Assembly: GCA_029858305.1 (NCBI GenBank)
Contig: JAOUFI010000003.1
Coordinates: forward strand, 15,788 to 79,787
Length of the DNA stretch: 64,000 nt
Direction: 5' to 3'
DNA from: Candidatus Thorarchaeota archaeon
GTDB lineage: Archaea > Asgardarchaeota > Thorarchaeia > Thorarchaeales > Thorarchaeaceae
Both the position numbers and the translations under genes were made by a program. A model generated the notes under the pieces. That model was given only the letters and a program-made list of their open reading frames with translations, was not told where the DNA came from and did not search any database. Positions 18,147 through 27,750 of this stretch are shown here, piece by piece (the stretch's first letter is position 1; every line of letters starts with the position of its first letter).

Positions 18147-19868
18147 ATGTTACGAAAACAACATTTCCAGAAACTTGCAGATATTGTGGGTGAAGATTAT
18201 TTCTCTGCTGAAGGATATATGACTCACCTCTACTCACACGACATAGCAGCGCTCCCAGGAATTGTAAACGATGTTCTCAATCCCCATGCGGAAGCAATAG
18301 CGCAACCAACTACCTCTGAAGTTGTATCAAATCTGCTGAAATACTGTAAAGAGAATAATATCCAGGTTGTCCCGCGAGGACATGGTACATCTGGATATGG
18401 TGGAGCGTTGCCTACCAAGGGTGGCCTGGTTGTTGAAATGACCAGGATGAATGAGATATACAATATTGACAAAGGTAGCATGACAATTGAGGTAGGTGCC
18501 GGTATCATTTGGGGGAAACTGCTAGAACTCCTCGAGGATGAAGGCCTCTCTGCGGCTGCGTATCCATCAAGTGCACCTTCTAGTACTGTAGGCGGCTGGA
18601 TTGCAGCTGGGGGCTCAGGCATCGGCAGTACAAAATACGGGGGAATCAGGGAGCAAGTAGTAGAATTGGAAGTTGTCTTGCCTGATGGAGAGATCATAAG
18701 GACAAGTCAATCAGAAGATTCTGTATTCAATGAAGGAAAAACAAAACCATTCTTTGGTGGTGATGACTCATTCTATTGGGAATCTGAAGAAAGCTCTGCC
18801 CCCAATAAAGAGTCTACTTCATTATTTGTAGATAGCAATGGCACCTTGGGAATAATAACGAAGGTGGTAATGAAGGTCATTCCGCTTCGCAAAATTAAGC
18901 CTTTAACAATATCATTCCCGAATAAAGAACAGACAATGGGTGCAATGCAGGCTATTCTTCGCATCACACAGCCTTTCTACCTTCACTTCATAACAGACGA
19001 ATTCTTTGGTATGTTGAAGGAGGTAGGAAAAGCCCCTGATGTGGCGGGTGAATGGTTAGTTCTCTGTGCTTTAGAGGGAACAGATGAAGAGAATGACGAG
19101 GTTGCAGGAAAAATCGCTGAAGCAATGGCGATGTATCATGGGACAGTTGAGTCAGACGAGATAGGACATCATGAATGGGATGAACGGTTCTATCCCATGA
19201 GAATTAAAAGACTGGGTCCAAGTCTTGCACCTTCCGAGGTCTATGTACCCTTGGAGAGAATGGTCGATTTCATCGACCACTGCTACAAGCACTTCAAGGG
19301 GGAGAGAATGGCGATGGAAGGAGCTGTCAATCACCGAAATGAAGTTGCGGTACTCACTTGGTTCTTGGATGATGAACGCCGGAGAATTCCATTTTTGTTT
19401 GGATGGTATCGTTCTCTAGATGTCATCAACATTGGCATAAAGAATGGAGGACGTGCCTATTCCATAGGTATGTGGAATGTAGCTCATTCACGCAAGTTCT
19501 ACGGAAAAGAAGACTACACAAAGATGGCAAAACTCAAACAGAGAACAGATTCTAAGAATTACCTCAATTCGCATAAAGTATTCCCAGGACCGCTATATCT
19601 GAGTACAAGAATAGGATTACTAATCATGTTTGCAGCCGCATTCGTGGTGCCTATCGTAATCATGTTTGCATGGTGGTTAGCTCCAAGTGTAGTTGCGGCT
19701 TATGTTCCATGGGTCGTTGTCAATGACATTGCTAGCTTCTTGCTATGGTTCATAGTCGGACTGGGAGTCGGATTTGTGGTCCAAGAATTTGCCAATCTCA
19801 TACCGATATCGGTCGTACTTTCGATTGGATTACCATTCCTCAGATTGGGAAGGAAGATATTTCACTAA
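18147..19868 (+). CDS. FAD-linked oxidoreductase, GlcD/VAO family, with C-terminal TM helices, copy 3
   Basis: VPRGHGTSGYGG, YPSSAPSSTVGG, GTLGIITK, hydrophobic C-tail. Close paralog of 13882..15603. Confidence 0.85.
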   Translation: MLRKQHFQKLADIVGEDYFSAEGYMTHLYSHDIAALPGIVNDVLNPHAEAIAQPTTSEVVSNLLKYCKENNIQVVPRGHGTSGYGGALPTKGGLVVEMTRMNEIYNIDKGSMTIEVGAGIIWGKLLELLEDEGLSAAAYPSSAPSSTVGGWIAAGGSGIGSTKYGGIREQVVELEVVLPDGEIIRTSQSEDSVFNEGKTKPFFGGDDSFYWESEESSAPNKESTSLFVDSNGTLGIITKVVMKVIPLRKIKPLTISFPNKEQTMGAMQAILRITQPFYLHFITDEFFGMLKEVGKAPDVAGEWLVLCALEGTDEENDEVAGKIAEAMAMYHGTVESDEIGHHEWDERFYPMRIKRLGPSLAPSEVYVPLERMVDFIDHCYKHFKGERMAMEGAVNHRNEVAVLTWFLDDERRRIPFLFGWYRSLDVINIGIKNGGRAYSIGMWNVAHSRKFYGKEDYTKMAKLKQRTDSKNYLNSHKVFPGPLYLSTRIGLLIMFAAAFVVPIVIMFAWWLAPSVVAAYVPWVVVNDIASFLLWFIVGLGVGFVVQEFANLIPISVVLSIGLPFLRLGRKIFH

Positions 19869-19946
19869 TACATATCTGATGAATCCGAATCATGTAGACA
19901 GACTAAAAAGATAGTCAGTGGGACATCAGAACAGAAGATGATGTAG

Positions 19947-20627
19947 ATGTCGGCAAAAGCAGTCGTTGTGAGAAATCTCACTCGAAGATACGGTTACAGA
20001 GTGGCATTAAAAGATATATCACTAGATTTCTCAGAGAATGGGATTCAAGGATTATTTGGAGCTAATGGAGCAGGAAAAACAACACTAATGCGAATCATAT
20101 CAACGCTGCTACGCCCTCATAGTGGAACAATCTCCGTTATGGGATTTGATCCGCAAGAAGAACCAGAAGAAGTGAAGAAGTATCTTGGTTTGGTGGGTGA
20201 CAAAACGCTTCTATACGATGAACTATCAGGCATTGAAAATCTTCGATTCTATTCCAAGCTCTATGGATTGCATCGCGACTTCTTTGAAACTCAAGTTGAG
20301 GAATTATCTCAACGTTTTGCCATCAAAACCTGGCTTGAGGAACCTGTGAAGAATTTATCAACAGGGCTCAAGAAAAGACTGGATATTGTTCGAAGCTTGA
20401 TTCACAATCCTATGCTACTACTTCTGGATGAGCCATTCAGCGGACTAGATAAAGATACTACTGAGGATTTTTGGGACTACCTCAATGAACATAGAAACAC
20501 AAGAACAACAATTGTGACAACTCACAATTTAGCCCTTGGTGCTAATTTGTGCGACGAATTTGTCACTCTCAGGAAAGGAGTAGTAATTAATCAAGGTCCA
20601 ATTTCTCAGTTTGATCAGACACTCTGA
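19947..20627 (+). CDS. ccmA: Heme exporter ABC ATPase CcmA
   Basis: GANGAGKTT, LSTG, LLLLDEP. Directly upstream of ccmB and ccmC. Confidence 0.85.
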   Translation: MSAKAVVVRNLTRRYGYRVALKDISLDFSENGIQGLFGANGAGKTTLMRIISTLLRPHSGTISVMGFDPQEEPEEVKKYLGLVGDKTLLYDELSGIENLRFYSKLYGLHRDFFETQVEELSQRFAIKTWLEEPVKNLSTGLKKRLDIVRSLIHNPMLLLLDEPFSGLDKDTTEDFWDYLNEHRNTRTTIVTTHNLALGANLCDEFVTLRKGVVINQGPISQFDQTL

Positions 20628-20636
20628 GGTGATATT

Positions 20637-21317
20637 ATGACGTCAGGCCTAGGCGCAGCATTAGCAATCGCAAAGAAAGACATCATCATTCAGTTACGTA
20701 AGAAGTTTGAAGCATTCTCAATGTTCCTATTTGCCCTCATCGCAGTCCTCGCATATTCCTTTGCGTTGGTTTCACAAGGATCTATACCAGCAGATGTAGG
20801 TAGTGCAATGCTGTGGGTCATCATTTTCTTCATGGGGATGTTTGGCTTCGCTCCCATTTTCCTCTCCGAGTCAGAAACTGGCACATTACGCGGTCTCGCT
20901 ACTGCGCCGATTCCCGCATGGGCGGTCTATGTTGGTAAGGTGATCTATGGTTTTGTTCTGATGGGAATAGTTGAGGTCTTTCTGGTACCGATTATTTCTA
21001 TACTGTTTGGTTTTTCTTTTCTAAATGATATTCCACTTACTGTTGCTGTACTCGTAGTTGGAACACTAGATTTGTCAGCAGTTGGTTCAATGGCCTCGGC
21101 TCTAGTAATGCCTTCAGAGGCAAAAGCAACAGTATTCCCCCTTGTCTATTTCCCTACTGCAACGTCAGGTCTAATTCTCCTCATTGAAATCACCAAGATC
21201 ATTGTATTGGGTCCAGGCGTTGTGCCGATTATGTTACTATTTGAAATACTTCTTGCTCATCTGATTGCAATGCTGACACTATCGGCTTCTGTGTTTCACT
21301 TTGCACTTTCACCTTGA
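20637..21317 (+). CDS. ccmB: Heme exporter permease CcmB
   Basis: Six TM helices, KKDI..LR, E.ETGTL..L, VYVGK. Lies between ccmA and ccmC. Confidence 0.85.
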   Translation: MTSGLGAALAIAKKDIIIQLRKKFEAFSMFLFALIAVLAYSFALVSQGSIPADVGSAMLWVIIFFMGMFGFAPIFLSESETGTLRGLATAPIPAWAVYVGKVIYGFVLMGIVEVFLVPIISILFGFSFLNDIPLTVAVLVVGTLDLSAVGSMASALVMPSEAKATVFPLVYFPTATSGLILLIEITKIIVLGPGVVPIMLLFEILLAHLIAMLTLSASVFHFALSP

Positions 21318-21385
21318 ATGCGTGTCTTCAGCAAAACGTTCATATTGCAAGTAGTAGGGGAATCAGCAGTTCGAGTTGAAAAGCC

Positions 21386-22054
21386 GTGAGCAATACCAGA
21401 CTGATATTTCTCGCAGTAGCAGCAGTGATATCATTACTCTATGTCTACATGACATGGATCTTTTCCCCGCCAGATGCGATACTTGGAGAAAACGTTCGCA
21501 TTTTCTTCCAGCACATTGCACCCGCTCTTGTCGCATACGGATTATTTGGAGGGACGTTACTGTGCGGAGTGATGTATCTGTGGAAGGGAGATCTAAAATA
21601 TGACATCATCGGAGCAGTATCAATCAAACTTGGACTGTTGTTCACTACGATTACCCTATTGAGTGGAATGTTGTGGGCTAATGCAGCATGGCATTCACCT
21701 TGGAATTGGGATCCCCGCGAAACGACCACTCTCATCTTATGGATTGCATATGCATGTATTCTGGCATATCGAGCTTCTGTAACCGATAGGGAAGCGAGAG
21801 CTCAATTTGGTTCCATTTTCGGAATTGTCGCGTTCCCGATGGTGTTATTGAGCTATCTTTCAATTCGAATATGGAATACTCTTCATCCAATCGTAATTGA
21901 TGAATCTGGATTCCATATGGGAATCGAACACATGATGACTCTGTTCGTAGCTATGATTGCTGTCACAATGATTGCACTGATTATGGTCGAGCTAGCGTAC
22001 AAAGTTGATTCAGCATATGAAAAGTTGATGAGAATAAGAATGTCAAGGAGTTAA
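21386..22054 (+). CDS. ccmC: Heme chaperone-loading protein CcmC
   Basis: RIFFQH, GMLWANAAWHSPWNWDPRE (WWD motif), WNTLHP. Confidence 0.92.
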   Translation: MSNTRLIFLAVAAVISLLYVYMTWIFSPPDAILGENVRIFFQHIAPALVAYGLFGGTLLCGVMYLWKGDLKYDIIGAVSIKLGLLFTTITLLSGMLWANAAWHSPWNWDPRETTTLILWIAYACILAYRASVTDREARAQFGSIFGIVAFPMVLLSYLSIRIWNTLHPIVIDESGFHMGIEHMMTLFVAMIAVTMIALIMVELAYKVDSAYEKLMRIRMSRS

Positions 22055-22058
22055 GAAT

Positions 22059-22199
22059 ATGCAACAGTTTGAACTATTCATCGTAGCCACAATATTTTGG
22101 GGTGGTATTTTCATTTTCCTATTATACCTTCTAATGAGAATGGCTGGAATCGAGAAACAACTCAAAGTTGTAGAAGCACAGATCGATGGAGAACAATAG
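22059..22199 (+). CDS. ccmD: CcmD-like small membrane protein (46 aa)
   Basis: Manual translation MQQFELFIVATIFWGGIFIFLLYLLMRMAGIEKQLKVVEAQIDGEQ*: one TM helix plus a charged helix, exactly between ccmC and ccmE, preceded by GGAG. Below the ORF-track cutoff. Confidence 0.75.
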   Translation: MQQFELFIVATIFWGGIFIFLLYLLMRMAGIEKQLKVVEAQIDGEQ

Positions 22200-22201
22200 A
22201 A

Positions 22202-22588
22202 ATGAGAAAGAAAACTCGGATGGCACTTGTTGCAGTCATCTTGGTAGTTACTATTAGTATTGTCGGATATCAAATGTTGAATCTTTATGTCGACCCCTAC
22301 CTGAGTGTAGATGCCGTAGTCGAGCATCCTGAATCATTTATGGGTCGTACAATACAGGTCAAAGGAGAGCTTCAGGCAGGATCTCTGACCATTGGTCAAG
22401 ATAATGTGACATTAGTATTAGTGGGAGATAATCACACGATCATAGTGCTGTTGCTAGGTGAAGTTCCTGATATGGTGGATGGTCAAGATATTGTTGCGAT
22501 TGGTACGCTAGAATCAGCCACTCTCATAAGAGCAACTCAGATTCTAACTTCATGCCCAAGTAAGTACGAAGCCCCAACTACAACATAG
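22202..22588 (+). CDS. ccmE: Heme chaperone CcmE (CxxxY type)
   Basis: N-terminal anchor MRKKTRMALV, Y.SVD, IQVKG, C-terminal SCPSKYE. True start is ATG 22202, not 22097. Confidence 0.9.
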   Translation: MRKKTRMALVAVILVVTISIVGYQMLNLYVDPYLSVDAVVEHPESFMGRTIQVKGELQAGSLTIGQDNVTLVLVGDNHTIIVLLLGEVPDMVDGQDIVAIGTLESATLIRATQILTSCPSKYEAPTTT

Positions 22589-22593
22589 AGAGT

Positions 22594-23220
22594 CTATTTC
22601 CATTCATCCCCAAAACGAGCCTTATGACCAGGAGGTCTCGGCTCATGCAACCAAGGAACTGGTTCTTTCACTAATATTGATGCCAACTGTGCAACACGTT
22701 TTCCCATCTGTGATGCCATGGCCATCGCCTCAGTGTCTGCCCTGATATCACCAGGATTCAATGCGAATCCAATTGGCCAATAGACGCCGCCAGGTAGAAT
22801 CATTTCTTTCACCATCATATAGAAGATAATTGTAGATAGAGAATGATCCACACCAGACCTCCGACCTACGGCAAACCCACAGCCTACTTTTCCTTCTAAA
22901 TGAAGAAATCTACCTGTTCGGTCTATTAAATTCTTCAAAGGTGTAGCTACAGAAGCGAAATGGTCTGGAGAACCAAAAATAATACCATCAGCAATTGCCA
23001 TTCTTTCTGCAACCTGATTCAGATCATCATCTTGGACACATTTGCCGAGTGGAGTGCATTCGTTGCAATGTTTGCATTCTCTGATATCAAGGCTTGCAAG
23101 GCCGATGAATTCAATCAATGCATCTTCCTTTCTTGCAGATTCAAGAGCAGTTTCAATGAGTGTTGATGTATTGCTATTTGTTCTAGGGCTGCCAGAGATT
23201 CCAAGAATTCGTGTTTTCAA
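22594..23220 (-). CDS. Iron-sulfur flavoprotein / flavodoxin family protein
   Basis: GISGSPR..SNT, CKHCNEC...KC, DDL, IIFGSP, LKNLIDR. Confidence 0.85.
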   Translation of the reverse strand: MKTRILGISGSPRTNSNTSTLIETALESARKEDALIEFIGLASLDIRECKHCNECTPLGKCVQDDDLNQVAERMAIADGIIFGSPDHFASVATPLKNLIDRTGRFLHLEGKVGCGFAVGRRSGVDHSLSTIIFYMMVKEMILPGGVYWPIGFALNPGDIRADTEAMAMASQMGKRVAQLASILVKEPVPWLHEPRPPGHKARFGDEWK

Positions 23221-23589
23221 ATCAGGTACCTCGATGTTAAAGAATTCGGTTCAAAGGCGTACTTAATTGTTGTTTTTTAATCCGTATATTGTTATTGAGT
23301 ACGAAAAGTAACTATAGCAGGTTCTATGTGCAAAAAAAATTACATTCTGTAAAGAAATCATGAATGAAAACAGCCATTATTGAAAGAAATGTGAAAATCG
23401 CCTTTTTGACCTTTGAGCGCTTCCGACTTTTAGTGGAAACTAAAAAATCAACCTTTGGAATAAGAGAAAGCTTCTGGTTTCTTGGGATGGGGGAAATTGC
23501 CCATCTCGTCCTAATAAGGAGGTGCAAATTGACTTGGCGATGCTATTATTAGAGAGTCAGATAAATCTAAAAGAAGTAGGGAAGCCACT

Positions 23590-26190
23590 TTGACCAAGCA
23601 AACTCCTATGCAGCGGCAGTATCTTCAGCTGAAGAGACAATACCCAGACTGCATACTAATGTTCCGTCTTGGCGATTTTTATGAGATGTTCAATGAAGAT
23701 GCAAAAGTGGCTAGTAAAGCACTTGACATTGTTCTCACTGCACGAGGAGAAGGAGTCAATCGTTGGCCTTTATGTGGAGTTCCCTATCATGCTGTAGATG
23801 GATACGTTGCCAAACTACTGCAACAAGGCTTTACCGTAGCCGTTGCAGAGCAGGTTGAAGATCCCTCACAGGCCAAGGGTCTTGTAAAAAGGGATGTTGT
23901 AAGAGTAATAACTCCAGGCACTGTTCTTGAGAGCTCTATGCTTGAAGATTCATCAAATAACTATCTGACAGCAATGATCGAGGAGGGTGGTATCACAGGA
24001 GTTGCATCTGTCGATGTTTCCACCGGGGAATTCCTTGCAGCACAAATAGAAGGTTCTCTAGACAGCGAAGCAGTGATGAATGAGATTGGGAGGCTGGGGC
24101 CTTCTGAAATTTTGCTGCCTGATGGATTGGCGAAGTCAAGTATTTGCAAAGTTTTGCAAGAAACTGGGATTCATATAACATTAAGAAATGCTCTAGATTT
24201 CTCAGCATCGAATGCTGAAGATTTGCTTAAAGAGCAATATGGAGTTTCCATAATCGATGGCTTTGGAATTGCTGACAAACAGATAGCTCTTGGAGCTGTT
24301 GGAGCTGTGCTTGTGTATCTACAAGACGTTCACAGAACAAGTAAGATCTCTCTCTCAGGACTCAGGACTTATACTGTCGAAACCCACATGGTCGTAGATA
24401 GCCAGACCCAGAGAAATCTAGAGCTTATCAAAAACGCTAGAGATGGAACTCCGCGCGGCACACTTCTCAGTATATTGTCAAAGACAGTCACACCTATGGG
24501 AAAACGCAAATTAAAACAATGGATTCTACAGCCACTAAGAGATGTTGCAGCAATTGAGATGAGATTGGATGCTGTTGAGGAGTTGGCACGAAACGCGCTT
24601 ATTCGGCAAGGGATTGCAAGCAGCCTCAGAGATGTTGGAGACCTTGAGAGAGCAACAAGTAGAATTGTCTTTGGAACATCTAGTGCAAGAGATCTCCTCG
24701 GACTGAGAAATTCTCTATCCAGACTACCAGCGTCTAAAGAAGCTCTTGCATCATGTTCGAGTAAGATGATGAGGGATTCCGCGAATTCTATTGATCCCTT
24801 AACTGAGCTTCATCTCACGCTCAAAGAAGCCATTCTGGATGATCCTCCTGTCTCAGTTAGAGATGGTGGGATGATTAAGAAAGGATTCAGTCGGGACCTT
24901 GATTCTTTGAAGGAAACAATTTCATCTGATAAAAAATGGATAGCATCGCTTCAAGAAACTGAGAGAAGAAGAACAGGTATTAAATCGTTGAAGGTCGGAT
25001 TCAATAAGGTCTTTGGTTACTACATTGAGATCACTCGTTCGAACCTCAACATGGTGCCTGAAGAATATGAGAGAAAACAGACGCTTGCCAATGCGGAGAG
25101 ATTCATTACACCTGAGCTCAAGGAGAAGGAATCTGCAGTTCTCGCAGGAGAGGAGCGTATCAATAAACTCGAGTTTGAAATCTATGAGGAACTACGAGAA
25201 AGGGTTCGAGAGGCATCAGCTAAATTACGTCAGAATTCCAATGCAATAGCTATTACTGATGTCTTGGTATCTCTATCTGAAGTTGCTGTAACGAGAAGAT
25301 ATTGCCGACCATCTCTTAAGACAGACACTCGGATTAAGATTGTAGATGGCAGGCATGCCTCACTAGAGGTGATGCTTGGTCCGAATGAGTTTGTGCCAAA
25401 TAGTATTGAGATTGGTGATGGTGGTACTACGCTAATTATCATCACAGGTCCAAATATGGCTGGAAAATCAACTTGGATGAGGCAATGTGCCATCATCGTG
25501 CTCCTTGCACAGATGGGTTCCTTCGTACCCGCTAAGAGTGCTGAGGTAGGTCTCGTCGATAGGATTTTCACTCGAGTCGGAGCGTTCGATGACCTCACAG
25601 CGCGTCAGAGTACTTTCATGGTTGAAATGATAGAAACAGCGAATATACTCAATAATGCCACTGAGAAAAGCCTAGTCATCCTTGATGAGATAGGTCGAGG
25701 GACATCGACTTTTGATGGAATGGCTCTGGCTTGGGCAGTCGCTGAACGCATTATTCAAATGAGAACACGTACCCTCTTTGCTACTCACTTCCATCAACTC
25801 ACCGATATGGCAGCACAGTTTCATGGTGTAAAGAATGTGCATACCTTAGCGAAAGAGTCAGGGGACACAATAATATTCATACATAGAGTTGTGGACGGTG
25901 GAACGGACAAGAGCTATGGAGTCCATGTTGCCGCTCTAGCAGGAGTTCCTGAATCGGTCGTGAAACGAGCTAGTCAAATCCTCCAGAAGATTGAGAAGGA
26001 GAACAGGCTCACTGTGAGAGATACTATCCCTGATTTTAAATCGACAGAACAGACTAGCTTAGAGTCCTTAGTTATAGAGGACCCTCTTGTTGATAGAATA
26101 AGGCACATAGATCTTGATAGAACTACTCCAATCGATGCACTTATGCAATTGAGGGAGATACAAGAGGAAGCAAAGAAAAGAAAGGACTGA
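23590..26190 (+). CDS. mutS: DNA mismatch repair protein MutS (MutS1)
   Basis: TPMQRQY, FRLGDFYEMF, ITGPNMAGKST, STFMVEM, DEIGRGTST, ATHFH, SYGVHVA. Confidence 0.97.
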   Translation: MTKQTPMQRQYLQLKRQYPDCILMFRLGDFYEMFNEDAKVASKALDIVLTARGEGVNRWPLCGVPYHAVDGYVAKLLQQGFTVAVAEQVEDPSQAKGLVKRDVVRVITPGTVLESSMLEDSSNNYLTAMIEEGGITGVASVDVSTGEFLAAQIEGSLDSEAVMNEIGRLGPSEILLPDGLAKSSICKVLQETGIHITLRNALDFSASNAEDLLKEQYGVSIIDGFGIADKQIALGAVGAVLVYLQDVHRTSKISLSGLRTYTVETHMVVDSQTQRNLELIKNARDGTPRGTLLSILSKTVTPMGKRKLKQWILQPLRDVAAIEMRLDAVEELARNALIRQGIASSLRDVGDLERATSRIVFGTSSARDLLGLRNSLSRLPASKEALASCSSKMMRDSANSIDPLTELHLTLKEAILDDPPVSVRDGGMIKKGFSRDLDSLKETISSDKKWIASLQETERRRTGIKSLKVGFNKVFGYYIEITRSNLNMVPEEYERKQTLANAERFITPELKEKESAVLAGEERINKLEFEIYEELRERVREASAKLRQNSNAIAITDVLVSLSEVAVTRRYCRPSLKTDTRIKIVDGRHASLEVMLGPNEFVPNSIEIGDGGTTLIIITGPNMAGKSTWMRQCAIIVLLAQMGSFVPAKSAEVGLVDRIFTRVGAFDDLTARQSTFMVEMIETANILNNATEKSLVILDEIGRGTSTFDGMALAWAVAERIIQMRTRTLFATHFHQLTDMAAQFHGVKNVHTLAKESGDTIIFIHRVVDGGTDKSYGVHVAALAGVPESVVKRASQILQKIEKENRLTVRDTIPDFKSTEQTSLESLVIEDPLVDRIRHIDLDRTTPIDALMQLREIQEEAKKRKD

Positions 26191-26228
26191 TTACTGTCTT
26201 TAATTGTAAATCACAAACCCATAATCCA

Positions 26229-27632
26229 TCAGCCAGTTTCTATGGCTTTCTTTGGAGCCCTTAGCTCTGCTTCAAGTTCTTCAATGTTCACTCTTGGTTC
26301 TATGCTCTTGGTCGCGAGTATTCCAAGTATAACAAAGTTGAGAATAATAGCTCCAAGTATTAGCGGGATACCTTCGTAATATGTATAGATGAAACCTGAA
26401 AAGATAGGTGCAATTGTACCAACAAGCAGGACTAGAAGCGTTGACAGCCCCAGCATCTTCCCTAAGTCTGCTCGCGGCAGGGATTTCTGGATATAGGCAC
26501 CCATAGTGGTTGCCCAGAGATTGTCATTTGTCGATTTCATCGCCGTGGCAATGAACGCAAGCGAGAGAATTACTCCGAGACCGGGATAGATGCTATCAAG
26601 CGTGGCAACCCATTCCACTGGTGCAACATATTTTACATATTGTGCAATGATCAAGAGACCAAGTGCAAGAGGCATCACAGAATACACTGCAATTGTAATT
26701 CTCTTTCCACCTTTCTTATCAAATGAACGTCCGAGTAGAAGTGTTAATGGTACAGACAATGCAAGGGTGATCAGCATCATGAGGAAAATCTGACCAATAT
26801 TAAACTCCAGAGTTTCATTAACATAGAATAAGCTTGAGAAACCATACATGTTATCACTCAGGGCATCTATCATCATAACTGCAACAAAGATAGGAAACAC
26901 TCTAATCAGTAGTTTCAGGCCTCGCTTACTCTCTGAAATAAAATCCCTGATGATTGATGCGTTTCGATCCCTCTCTGGTATTGGGGTTGATTCCAACCAT
27001 ATCAACCGAATAATGGTAGTAGCTAGGAATCCAACTGCACCGATAAAAAAGATCGTTCGCATTATCTGAATAAATGCCCATCCATTGTTGAACATTATAC
27101 CCATGGCTAAGAGAGGACCTAGACCGAATAGAGCTCCCAGAGTGAAAAGACTGACCGCGACCCCTCCATATTTTCTATCGATGACTTGATAGATGTAAGC
27201 AGTACCCCCTTGACCTGTAAAGTTTGACGTTGCAAGTGTAAGGAGCCCCATTGCAACAATCTCGATTCGATCAGCAAATGAGAGAATGAGAAAACCAATC
27301 CCGTTTATCACCATGGTAATGATCGCGAGGTTTCTACGATTGTAGTTATCTGCAAGATAACTTGCAACCAGTGTCCCTATGAGCGTCACTATGGTCATTG
27401 AAGAAAAGAGAATACCTAGAATGAGGTAGGGGATTCCCAAGTCTCGAAGAAAGAGACTCAGGAAGTTCCAAACAACATTTAGACTTGCCATTATCCAGTT
27501 TGTTATTATGAAGACTCTGAAGTTCTTGTTTGCCATCAGACTCCTGACTGAGTGACTCCAAGAATCATCGGCAACTTGCTCAAGAGGTACTTGGGGAGTT
27601 ACTGTAGTCACATCAATCGGGTCTTCGCTCAA
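26229..27632 (-). CDS. MFS transporter
   Basis: About 12 TM helices, YLADNYNRR loop motif, GRSFDKKGGK in the second half. Confidence 0.85.
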   Translation of the reverse strand: MSEDPIDVTTVTPQVPLEQVADDSWSHSVRSLMANKNFRVFIITNWIMASLNVVWNFLSLFLRDLGIPYLILGILFSSMTIVTLIGTLVASYLADNYNRRNLAIITMVINGIGFLILSFADRIEIVAMGLLTLATSNFTGQGGTAYIYQVIDRKYGGVAVSLFTLGALFGLGPLLAMGIMFNNGWAFIQIMRTIFFIGAVGFLATTIIRLIWLESTPIPERDRNASIIRDFISESKRGLKLLIRVFPIFVAVMMIDALSDNMYGFSSLFYVNETLEFNIGQIFLMMLITLALSVPLTLLLGRSFDKKGGKRITIAVYSVMPLALGLLIIAQYVKYVAPVEWVATLDSIYPGLGVILSLAFIATAMKSTNDNLWATTMGAYIQKSLPRADLGKMLGLSTLLVLLVGTIAPIFSGFIYTYYEGIPLILGAIILNFVILGILATKSIEPRVNIEELEAELRAPKKAIETG

Positions 27633-27750
27633 AAGATTTCATTCTTCCATGGTGGCTGTTTTCTTGCTTAAGATAATCAAATTGACTTATGCAAGTTTAA
27701 TGAATATGATGATGAAGGCATCGAGATGAGTGCGAAATACACAGAATCGT

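Noticed and set aside
22097-22201. N-terminal extension of CcmE in the ORF track
   Set aside because: It overlaps the ccmD-like ORF in another frame. CcmE's anchor begins at ATG 22202.
23221-23589. AT-rich 370-bp gap with two overlapping ~65-aa ORFs
   Set aside because: Best explained as the divergent promoter region of the flavoprotein gene and mutS. No coding signal or clear RNA structure.
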